Shown piece by piece: positions 8,552 to 16,459 of a DNA stretch of 42,126 bases. Location of the stretch: contig JAFCEU010000001.1 in assembly GCA_017608995.1 (NCBI GenBank), positions 1 through 42,126 of the forward strand, given 5' to 3'. Made by a program: the position numbers and the translations under genes. Every line of letters begins with the position of its first letter. Positions within the stretch are counted from its first letter, which is position 1. Origin of the DNA: Candidatus Iainarchaeum sp. (GTDB lineage: Archaea; Iainarchaeota; Iainarchaeia; Iainarchaeales; DTGL01). Under the pieces are notes generated by a model. It saw nothing but the letters and a program-made list of their open reading frames with translations. It had not been told where the DNA came from and did not search any database.

Positions 8552-9382
8552 GTGAAGATTGAAACAAGCGAGGAAGCACTGCAAGTAGTGAAAATGATTG
8601 CCGAAATGCAGGAAGTTTGCGGTGAAACAAACATTACAGCGACAAAAGACAAGCTACTAATACAAGCAATTGACGGAAGCCAAACCGCTTTTGTGGAAGC
8701 GGAAATTGAAACAAGCACAGGCGTAGAACAAGAGGAAAAATTTGGAGTAAACGCAAACGATTTAGCAACGGTTCTGCGGGCATTACGGGGGCAAACGCTG
8801 AAAATGGAAACAGGGGAAAAAAACGAGCTGGTAATCAAAACAGGGGACGACTACTCAAAAGAACAAAACGAGCTAACCTTGTTCCTTGAGCCAGCACACG
8901 ACTTGGAAATGGCAACCAAAGCAGTAAGGCAAATAGAACACACGCAAACAGTGAAAATAGAGGGAACACAGGATTTCAGAACAGGGCTGAAGCTGGCTGG
9001 TTTAATAGATGAGGGAACTGTGCTGTTTGAAACAACCAAAGACAACCTTTTTCTAATAACGGCAAACGGACAAAGAGGAACATTCAAGAGAAGAATACGC
9101 ATAAAGTCAGGTGTCCACGCAAAAGGGTTGCCTACAAAAACAGCATTAAACAGGGAGCAACTGTTACAGTTAGTGAAAGCAAAGGCAACAGATGTCCAAC
9201 TGCATTTAGGCAACAACAAGCCAATCCTAATAGAATACGAGTTAGGTAACGCAAAAACAAAGATATGGGTTGCCCCAAGAATAATGGACTACGAAAGCCC
9301 GACAGCGAAAGAAGAAGAAATAGAGGAATTGGAAGAAGGGGCAGAAGAAGAACAGGAAAAAGTAATGGAAGCAATAGCCTAA
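8552..9382 (+). CDS. pcn: PCNA-like sliding clamp (divergent, acidic tail)
   Basis: LLIQAIDGSQTAFVE (cf. AMDxSHVxLV), FGVNANDL, LGNNKPILIEY..IWVAPRI (PCNA C-terminal LAPR). Confidence 0.85.
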   Translation: MKIETSEEALQVVKMIAEMQEVCGETNITATKDKLLIQAIDGSQTAFVEAEIETSTGVEQEEKFGVNANDLATVLRALRGQTLKMETGEKNELVIKTGDDYSKEQNELTLFLEPAHDLEMATKAVRQIEHTQTVKIEGTQDFRTGLKLAGLIDEGTVLFETTKDNLFLITANGQRGTFKRRIRIKSGVHAKGLPTKTALNREQLLQLVKAKATDVQLHLGNNKPILIEYELGNAKTKIWVAPRIMDYESPTAKEEEIEELEEGAEEEQEKVMEAIA

Positions 9383-9406
9383 TGGCTATTGCCCTTTTTC
9401 TTTTTT
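9371..9406 (+). terminator. Hairpin plus T-tract ending the repair block
   Basis: gcaatagcc-taat-ggctattgc followed by cctttttcttttt. Confidence 0.65.
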
Positions 9407-9595
9407 CAAGTGTTATTAACGATAATAACAACTATTCTTATTAACGTTTTTTGCAGAATTTGGGGTAAGCAACCTTTAACCGCTTGAGTCTATCTCGTTC
9501 TTCTTTAATCAACAGCTGGTGGGTGACTTTCAAGATAATCTATATAGTGGAAAATTGCAAAGCATAAATCTTCTTTTTGCTTTTTTGTAAGCATT

Positions 9596-10270
9596 TTACC
9601 TCAAGCTTAAATTATAAAGTTCAACTTCATCAATTGTTCCGATAAAGCCGCCCATTGTGTCAGAATAAGCTCCAATTACCAAAGGCACACTGCTTGAATT
9701 TAAATTTGAGCTGTTGCCATAAACTTCTCCCTGTTTTTCACCATCAATATAGAATGACAGCTTTTTTTGCGGGCCGTTCCAGACAAGAAGAAGCTCATGC
9801 CAGTTCAAGTCAGGCCCTCTTAAAGCAGGGATATACAGAAGCTTTCCTGTGTTGTCATAAGCTCTTGCAAAAAACTGGCCGCTTGGGCCAACCCCTATAC
9901 AAAACACATCATTCTCAGTAACACCGCCTGTTACATCCCTTGCGATAACTGCCTGATAGCGTTCACCATAATCATCGAGCTTTGCGTTTAATTTGATAGA
10001 GGCCTGATTTGCTCCATTGAGAACTGTTACAGGAAACTCAACAAAGTTATTTCCGCTGAAACTTAAAGCATAGCCCCCTGCCAAACCAGACACCCATTTT
10101 GCTCCAGAAATAGTCCCGGTAATGCCGCCAATTGAATCCCTAACTGTATTGCCGTGGCCCTCGTTAAAAGACCATTTTGCAATCGGCTGAATTTTCTGCA
10201 TTAACATTAGGCCAATTGCTCCTGCTAAGCCAGCTAAACCAGCCAAAATTAACAACAGTTTTTTGTTCAT
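9596..10270 (-). CDS. Membrane-anchored LamG/ConA-like lectin-domain protein
   Basis: N-terminal TM; WSFNEGHGNTVRD..ALSFSG..WHEL..FYIDG..FIGTIDEVELYN. Confidence 0.9.
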   Translation of the reverse strand: MNKKLLLILAGLAGLAGAIGLMLMQKIQPIAKWSFNEGHGNTVRDSIGGITGTISGAKWVSGLAGGYALSFSGNNFVEFPVTVLNGANQASIKLNAKLDDYGERYQAVIARDVTGGVTENDVFCIGVGPSGQFFARAYDNTGKLLYIPALRGPDLNWHELLLVWNGPQKKLSFYIDGEKQGEVYGNSSNLNSSSVPLVIGAYSDTMGGFIGTIDEVELYNLSLR

Positions 10271-10293
10271 AACCTATTTTATTAATTCGGAGA

Positions 10294-11109
10294 TTAATAA
10301 ATTTTTCTTTTTACAGCAACCGTTCCGTCCCTATACAAAAGAATTTCTGCAAATGAGTTGGTAGGGAAGGCTCCGTCAACCATTGCCTCAATTGTATAAT
10401 ATTTAATGTTGTTAATGGTTCTTTCATCGCTTAAATGGTTATGTCCCTGGAAGACAGCCGCTACTTTGCCAGAGTTCTCAAAAATCTCTCTAACAGAAGA
10501 AGCATTTTTCACAAAATGTATCCCTGTTCCATCAAGCCTGTGGTGTATAAATACAATTGTCGGAAAGCTGGTTTTTTTTAAATCCTCTTCCAGCCAGGAC
10601 AGTTCAAAGGGCGGGATATAAGATTTGTCAAGAGAATCAGGGTATCCTGTGCCCAGCTCGTTATAGTGGGCATCCAAAACTATGAAATGAAAACCGTTTT
10701 TATCGAAAGAATAATAAGAAGCAGCATACCCTGTTTTCTTCAGCCACTCTGGCCTATTAAACCCGCCATGGTTACCCATTACGTGGTACTTTTCCCCCTC
10801 AAACGAGTTAAATACTTTCACAATGTAGTCCCACTCGGTTTCGTCCCAAAGGCTGTCAATGAAATCCCCGCATTCAATAATGAAATCAGGCAAAAATTCA
10901 TTCATTTCATTGATAAAAGACAACAGTTTTTCATCAGCATCCCTGTAATAGCGGCTTTGGGCTGTAGGCTGGTCAGCCCAGTGAACATCGGTAACTAAAC
11001 CTATTTTTAGAACAGGGACAGGTTTCCTAAAAAGCCTTGAAATATAGTATGCGATTGCAGTTCCGCCGGCTATACCGAGCAAAATATAGATGGTTTTGGA
11101 GCTTTTCAT
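10294..11109 (-). CDS. Membrane-anchored calcineurin-like metallophosphoesterase (ADPRibase-Mn-like)
   Basis: DVH, GDFID, GNH, HH and GHNH motifs; RYYR before the first helix; start at ATG 11109 (GGAG RBS) gives an N-terminal TM. Confidence 0.9.
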   Translation of the reverse strand: MKSSKTIYILLGIAGGTAIAYYISRLFRKPVPVLKIGLVTDVHWADQPTAQSRYYRDADEKLLSFINEMNEFLPDFIIECGDFIDSLWDETEWDYIVKVFNSFEGEKYHVMGNHGGFNRPEWLKKTGYAASYYSFDKNGFHFIVLDAHYNELGTGYPDSLDKSYIPPFELSWLEEDLKKTSFPTIVFIHHRLDGTGIHFVKNASSVREIFENSGKVAAVFQGHNHLSDERTINNIKYYTIEAMVDGAFPTNSFAEILLYRDGTVAVKRKIY

Positions 11110-11120
11110 CTTTCTCCCTT

Positions 11121-11330
11121 CTACTTTAACCCAAACATCATCAATATGGATAACCCGCCAGCAACAAAAGGAGCAGGTGCCTTGACATTCACCCCCAACA
11201 AGGTCAGAATCAAGGCAAGGCAAAACAGCAAAAGCCATTTATGCCACTTTAACTCATTCTTAATGACGCCAAGCTCCTCATTGATTGTGGAAATGTGGCT
11301 CTTAATTGCCTCTAACTCTTTTTTTGTCAA
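11121..11330 (-). CDS. Small coiled-coil plus TM protein (holin/XhlA-like architecture)
   Basis: Heptad N-terminus followed by two hydrophobic segments. Confidence 0.55.
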   Translation of the reverse strand: MTKKELEAIKSHISTINEELGVIKNELKWHKWLLLFCLALILTLLGVNVKAPAPFVAGGLSILMMFGLK

Positions 11331-12415
11331 AATCCCACCTTATTAACTTCTTTCATTTCCAAACTGGCAAACGCCTGCTCCTTGCTTCTGCTGAAGTGGG
11401 TTGCCCAATCGCTCCAGGCACCAAACACCCGGGTTAAGCCTGCTCCATAACACCGAAACAAATATGTATTGGAATCAATCAATTGATAACTTTGCATACC
11501 TGAGTAGCAACAGTCATGTCCAATCGACATGAGAGTATTATGGTCATAGGTGCTGTCCACACAATCCTTGTCACCATACCACCTGCCATTACTCCCTGGG
11601 ACTCCTGTACCAGGGGTTCCTTCTACCGCACCGTAAAAACAACGGTATTGGTTTGCTTTAAAATCCTCTTCTCTGGCTCTGCCCTGCCTTGTTCCCCAAA
11701 TCCCTGGGACTTTGTCCTCATGTCCGGGTGCAGCGCTACCAGGCGGGTTTACATCATTAAAAATATTATAAGCGTCCCCTGTTGAAGTCCCTCTGCCCCA
11801 GCCCTGCAACTTGTAAGCCCTGATTTCAACAGTCGTGGTTCCGGCAGGCAGGCTAATGCTATAAGGCCCGATTTGTTTGTCGATATCCATCAAAAAAGCG
11901 GGAAAAGAATGCAGGTCTAAATTATCTTCTGCAATGCACCCATAGTCCGGATGCGTGCCGGTGCATTTCGTAGTAACTTTTGAGTCATTTCTTGGGCCTG
12001 GGACAAAACCAAAAAATTCGTTGTTAACAAACCAAGCAAACCCAATGAGGCTGTACTGGTTTCGGGTTATGGTTACCTGGGCGGTCCAAATAGCTGAATC
12101 TCCCTTGACTTCCAAAATCGAATGGATTGCCATACCTTCCTCAAGGGATATGTTTGTTTCAGATGACGGCGTTACTTCAACTGTTTTATGGGGCGATTCT
12201 GTAACGGATGTCCCATACAGATTTGAAACCTTTGCTTTTGCAAAAACCTCCCAAGTTCCAAAACCCAGTTCAACTGAATCTGAAACGCTTTCTCCTTTTG
12301 CAACAGAATCCCAAGTTGTGCTTTTCAATAGCGTACCGTTGCCATAGATTTCGATATTAAGGTTTGGTGCAGGAATCCCTTTTGTTACCGTGCCAGTGGC
12401 TATAACTTTTGCCAT
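11327..12415 (-). CDS. Putative virion surface protein with N-terminal Ig/CARDB-like domain
   Basis: NLNIEIYGNGTLL..VAKGESVS..GTWEVFA..N..ESPHKTVEV; Gly/Cys-rich C-terminal region. Confidence 0.7.
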   Translation of the reverse strand: MAKVIATGTVTKGIPAPNLNIEIYGNGTLLKSTTWDSVAKGESVSDSVELGFGTWEVFAKAKVSNLYGTSVTESPHKTVEVTPSSETNISLEEGMAIHSILEVKGDSAIWTAQVTITRNQYSLIGFAWFVNNEFFGFVPGPRNDSKVTTKCTGTHPDYGCIAEDNLDLHSFPAFLMDIDKQIGPYSISLPAGTTTVEIRAYKLQGWGRGTSTGDAYNIFNDVNPPGSAAPGHEDKVPGIWGTRQGRAREEDFKANQYRCFYGAVEGTPGTGVPGSNGRWYGDKDCVDSTYDHNTLMSIGHDCCYSGMQSYQLIDSNTYLFRCYGAGLTRVFGAWSDWATHFSRSKEQAFASLEMKEVNKVGF

Positions 12416-12416
12416 T

Positions 12417-12566
12417 TTAGGTTACCTCTATTTCGATTCTTGCTGCTGGGGCTTCACCTCCATCACCATTAGGGGGCGGTGTAGGTGTGGGTGCTTTCAG
12501 CAAAAACAAGGCTGCTGCTGCGCCAAGCGCACCTAAACCCAGCAAAATCCAATATTCTCTACGCAT
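12417..12566 (-). CDS. 49-aa TM anchor, Pro linker and terminal beta-strand
   Basis: MRREYWILLGLGALGAAAALFLLKAPTPTPPPNGDGGEAPAARIEIEVT (manual translation). Confidence 0.75.
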   Translation of the reverse strand: MRREYWILLGLGALGAAAALFLLKAPTPTPPPNGDGGEAPAARIEIEVT

Positions 12567-12598
12567 TTAAAAAGTATTATTTTCCAATTTAATAAAAT

Positions 12599-12985
12599 TT
12601 ACTGTGGAAACTCTACTTCAAAAGAAACAACAACATTTGCTGCTGCACTGCCGGAACCAGAAACATACTTAACGCTTAATTCGTCTCCAGGCTCCACTGA
12701 AAAAGTATGGCTTGTATCGTTTCCAGTGGTATTGCTTGCACTAACACTGCAGGTCAAAGATTGGTCAGAACCGTTCTTTCTAACCGTAATGGTGTCAGTT
12801 ACGCTTCCGCCAGGGGCCGTTGCCATTTTAACATACAGGTTTTTTGCCGTGCAGTTTCTTGCAACCGGAATCTTTAGCTCTGTTCCCGAAGCTGAGCCAT
12901 TGCCAGGCAAAGGGTAAATAGTTGCGTCACTGCCAACAGCTCCAGAAACGCCAAAAACAAGCAAATTTGTGTGGTTATTGCCCAT
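12599..12985 (-). CDS. Small beta-sandwich structural protein
   Basis: KNLYVK..APGG..TITVRKNG..GDELSV, typical of virion spike/fibre domains. Confidence 0.7.
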   Translation of the reverse strand: MGNNHTNLLVFGVSGAVGSDATIYPLPGNGSASGTELKIPVARNCTAKNLYVKMATAPGGSVTDTITVRKNGSDQSLTCSVSASNTTGNDTSHTFSVEPGDELSVKYVSGSGSAAANVVVSFEVEFPQ

Positions 12986-12991
12986 TTTAAA

Positions 12992-13237
12992 TCACTCTAT
13001 TTTGCTCCAGTTGATTGATTGAATTAAATCAACAACTTCTTCTTTAATCGCTTTGAGTTTGTTCAAGGCTTTTTGCTTTTCGTCTGGCGGAATAGGCAAG
13101 TCAACCATTTTCCGTGTTATAGGGTGTCTCACTGAAATGGATTCCCCAAGAGAGTCAATGCGCTTTACTTTGCTGATAAGGGTTCCTATTTGTGAAAACT
13201 TGGTTATTAAATCATTTAATTCATTTCTTTTAACCAT
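12992..13237 (-). CDS. Hypothetical protein
   Basis: Fits operon packing; GGAGG RBS. Confidence 0.6.
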   Translation of the reverse strand: MVKRNELNDLITKFSQIGTLISKVKRIDSLGESISVRHPITRKMVDLPIPPDEKQKALNKLKAIKEEVVDLIQSINWSKIE

Positions 13238-13268
13238 TTTTTCTCCCTCCTTTAATCAATACGTTCAC

Positions 13269-14171
13269 CTATATTTGATTATGAGCTATTTCAGTATTAA
13301 TTCCCTCGTCTTGAATTTTTATAGGAGCAGTCCCGTTACATATATTTGAAGTAACAATACAATTGGTACCGTAAATAAAAATTTCTACACTGGTGTTGTT
13401 TTTAGAAATATTGCCTACAATTACATTACCATCGGTGTCTGCTGGGTCTGTAAGGGTTCCAATAAAGATACCAACATCGTTATTTTTACAAATGTTATTC
13501 TTAAGAATGCAATTCTTTGCCTGTATAATTATTCCATTATAACCGTTGTTATTGCAATGGTTGCCTGTTATAATGCTATAGTCAGATTTTACCTCCCCAA
13601 TTCCGTCATACTCATGTGTATAACTCTTAATAGAAATTCCTTCAAGATCATAGTCAGTTACTATATTATTTGTAATTATTGTATTAGTTGCCCCCTCACA
13701 ACCAATCCCTGTCCCCCAGCCATTAGTTAATATATTATGTGAAACAAGCACTCTATTGCAGTCGTCTACTAAATAAATAGCAGTATAACGAATCCCATCA
13801 AACCAACACCCAGTAATCATGCTATTTGACACTGTAACGAATCGAATACCCCCATTGCGGTTATCAACTGAATCAGAAAAAAATATATCTTTAATAATTA
13901 TCCCTTCAACATTTTCTGCGTGTAAAAATCGAGAATGTGTTGTTGTTTGAATTTTTGTGGCTTTCCCCGCGCCGATTAATGCCACATTATCCTTATTTAT
14001 TGTAATTGTTGAAGTGATAGTATAAGTCCCCTCTTTAATATAAACCACCCCGCCTTCATCTGGCAAAGCGTCAATTGCAGACTGAATGTCGGTAAAATCG
14101 CCAGTGCCATCAGTAGCTACAACCTTTGTAGCAACAGTTCTTGTTGCCCAAAAACCCATGCCCATTGTCAT
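13269..14171 (-). CDS. Right-handed beta-helix (pectin-lyase-like) spike/depolymerase
   Basis: GTGDFTDIQSAIDAL..GGVVYIKEGTY and Asn-ladder repeats; start 14171 from GGAGG RBS. Confidence 0.9.
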   Translation of the reverse strand: MTMGMGFWATRTVATKVVATDGTGDFTDIQSAIDALPDEGGVVYIKEGTYTITSTITINKDNVALIGAGKATKIQTTTHSRFLHAENVEGIIIKDIFFSDSVDNRNGGIRFVTVSNSMITGCWFDGIRYTAIYLVDDCNRVLVSHNILTNGWGTGIGCEGATNTIITNNIVTDYDLEGISIKSYTHEYDGIGEVKSDYSIITGNHCNNNGYNGIIIQAKNCILKNNICKNNDVGIFIGTLTDPADTDGNVIVGNISKNNTSVEIFIYGTNCIVTSNICNGTAPIKIQDEGINTEIAHNQI

Positions 14172-14277
14172 TTTAAAGGACCTCCTTTTCTTCGGCTTCA
14201 ATCTTTTCTTTAACCATTTCAACAAACTTCTTCTCATTTTTCTTAAATTTTTTAACCTTTTCAATTTTCATTTCCCC

Positions 14278-14589
14278 TCACGCCAGCAAAAATCCAATGA
14301 TATAAACCTCAGCAGTGTTCCCAGACTCGCAAATCAAATGGATAGAAGTAATAGGGACATCGCCACTCCACCACGCTTTCGCAGGAATTTTCATTCCGGT
14401 TGCAGTTGTAACAGTTGAGTCAAAGTCAATATAAACAGGGTTAGGGCCGTCATTCAAAATAAGAACACTGTTCATTTCCTGGGAGAAAGATGAAACAACC
14501 TCTGTTGCTCCAATTGTTCCCGGCCTTAAAATCTCTTTGCCCTTTGAAGCAGTGAAAACCTTGATGATTTCTGGCCTAATGCGGGTCAT
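14278..14589 (-). CDS. Small beta-rich structural protein
   Basis: VLILNDGPNPVYIDFD..GMKIPA..IHLIC, jelly-roll-like pattern. Confidence 0.65.
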   Translation of the reverse strand: MTRIRPEIIKVFTASKGKEILRPGTIGATEVVSSFSQEMNSVLILNDGPNPVYIDFDSTVTTATGMKIPAKAWWSGDVPITSIHLICESGNTAEVYIIGFLLA

Positions 14590-15086
14590 TTCTCCATCTC
14601 CTTTTCAGCTGTCTTAATAACCTTGTGCTCTTCCCACTTTGGCCTCCTTAAAAAACCCCTGAAAAAACAGTTATAGGTCCGGGTTACAGTTGAATTATTC
14701 AAAGCCCAAACCTCTGCTTGCGAATAAGCAATTTTCGGGGGGTCAAAGATAACAGCATGGTCCCCGAAATCCTGCAATGAATCAGTTAAAGTTGGCTCCC
14801 AAACCCCATCAATCCAAATATAATAAGTAGTGTCATCAAAGTAAGTGATGTTAGGATACTGGAAATAAAACTCCCAGCCCTCCGGAACAGTTAGAATGAA
14901 TTGAACCAAATAGCCTGGCGGAACCTCTGCCTCGTTCCAATCGTAAATCGGTTGGTCTCTTTCAATTGCATTCCTCCTGATAAACCAGTCCTTCTGCTCC
15001 TCAAGCAACCTATTCGTTTTCTTCTGCTCTAACAATAAGTCTGCCAGAACAGGCAGCAGCGTTCTCTCTTCAAACCCTTTATCCAT
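14586..15086 (-). CDS. Putative jelly-roll minor capsid protein
   Basis: N-terminal helix then TVPEGW..FDPP..VWALNNS beta pattern. Confidence 0.6.
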   Translation of the reverse strand: MDKGFEERTLLPVLADLLLEQKKTNRLLEEQKDWFIRRNAIERDQPIYDWNEAEVPPGYLVQFILTVPEGWEFYFQYPNITYFDDTTYYIWIDGVWEPTLTDSLQDFGDHAVIFDPPKIAYSQAEVWALNNSTVTRTYNCFFRGFLRRPKWEEHKVIKTAEKEMEK

Positions 15087-15194
15087 GCTTTCTCCTCCTC
15101 AAAGCATTCAGTTGAGCCAGTTCCTTTACGTCAGGCTTTCTCACAATAACTTTAAGAGCCATGACAAAATAGTGTTTTCCAAGTTAAAAAATGT

Positions 15195-15587
15195 TTAAGA
15201 TGGAATGCATTCAAAGCCAATGGCTGAAACATAAGCCTTTGCCCCGGTAGCGCTAACCTTCAAAGACTTATTCAAGCCAACGCACACAGCATAGTTAATA
15301 GGCAAGGGAACAGCTTTTTTATCAGCAAACTCCAAATGGGTTTTCACTGTTGAATCAAAAAACACTTCAGCAGAACCAGTCCCGTCCATTGAAATAACCA
15401 ATCCAGCCAACTGAATCGCTTTCCCTGTTTCAGGAGTCCAAACAGTTTCAGTTGAGCCAGCCGCAACCTCCTTATACTTGATCTCGTTTACGGCGACTTT
15501 GCCTGGCCCCAGAAAAACCGAAAGCTGTCCAACAGGATTGACAATTGCCTTCCTTTCCTTGTGGGTTATTTCGATTTGTTTTGCCAT
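15195..15587 (-). CDS. Small beta-rich structural protein
   Basis: VWTPETGKAIQLAGLVIS..SLKVS..YVSAIGFE. Confidence 0.65.
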   Translation of the reverse strand: MAKQIEITHKERKAIVNPVGQLSVFLGPGKVAVNEIKYKEVAAGSTETVWTPETGKAIQLAGLVISMDGTGSAEVFFDSTVKTHLEFADKKAVPLPINYAVCVGLNKSLKVSATGAKAYVSAIGFECIPS

Positions 15588-16025
15588 CTACTCAACTGCC
15601 CCAGATTGCTCGAGTTTCTCCCAAGCCTCCCCAGCCAAAGCCCTGACTTTCCCTGCTGTTTCCTTATCCATTAAAACGAAGTCCAGGACAATTGAGAAGT
15701 CTTCCTCGCTTGTGTTGGTGTTCTCTACAACGATTTCCCCTTCCTTGCCAGAAATTGCTATATATGGCTTGGGGAAAGTTGGCTCGTTCAATAGCTCTGT
15801 TCCAATCAAAATGTTTTCCTCGAAGTAGTTTCTAACGTTATTGAACCGAAAGTTTATCACATCAGCTGTTATGTCTCCAAACCTGTACTCGTAAACAAGC
15901 CACCACCTGCCGTTTGGAACAAGCAAGGGGATGCGCCTTGTTTCACCACCCTGAATGGTAACCTGATACCTTTTCTGACCAAACTCCCCGAACTGGGACA
16001 GGCTGAAAAGCAACTCGTTTTCCAT
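15588..16025 (-). CDS. Small beta-rich structural protein
   Basis: VPNGRWW..IVVENT pattern resembling the 14586 ORF. Confidence 0.6.
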   Translation of the reverse strand: MENELLFSLSQFGEFGQKRYQVTIQGGETRRIPLLVPNGRWWLVYEYRFGDITADVINFRFNNVRNYFEENILIGTELLNEPTFPKPYIAISGKEGEIVVENTNTSEEDFSIVLDFVLMDKETAGKVRALAGEAWEKLEQSGAVE

Positions 16026-16028
16026 AAA

Positions 16029-16190
16029 CTATTTATCGCTTTCCTTGTTTTTAACTTTGTCGCTTGCGCTTTGTCTTTGTATTTTTTGGGCCAACCGTAG
16101 AAATACAATTGCCTCGTTTCCCTGTAAATTAACCCTGTTTAGAAAAATCAAGAGCTGGTTTATCTCTTGTTCTGATAATTCCAGTTTCAT
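16029..16190 (-). CDS. 53-aa protein (possible spike chaperone)
   Basis: MKLELSEQEINQLLIFLNRVNLQGNEA..; manual translation; downstream of the spike gene. Confidence 0.55.
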   Translation of the reverse strand: MKLELSEQEINQLLIFLNRVNLQGNEAIVFLRLAQKIQRQSASDKVKNKESDK

Positions 16191-16222
16191 ATTTTCTCTA
16201 ATTATTATTTATTCTTTGGATT

Positions 16223-16444
16223 TTAAAAACCTGCCGCAGCCCTTGCGGCTTCTATGTCAGCAGTGATATCTGCCAGTTTTTTCTCTAATTGTGCCTTTTT
16301 CTGTTCCATTTCTTCAATTGTCATAAATTCTGTTTTTTCCTGTTTCACTGTCATTTTAATTCTATTATGTTCAACTATTCTTCCATCGCTTCCTGGGACA
16401 GATATTTTTCCGAGGTATTCTATTTTTTTGCTTAATTGTTTCAT
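16223..16444 (-). CDS. Small coiled-coil protein
   Basis: GAGGTGG RBS; C-terminal heptads. Confidence 0.6.
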   Translation of the reverse strand: MKQLSKKIEYLGKISVPGSDGRIVEHNRIKMTVKQEKTEFMTIEEMEQKKAQLEKKLADITADIEAARAAAGF

Positions 16445-16459
16445 AATTCCACCTCTTTT

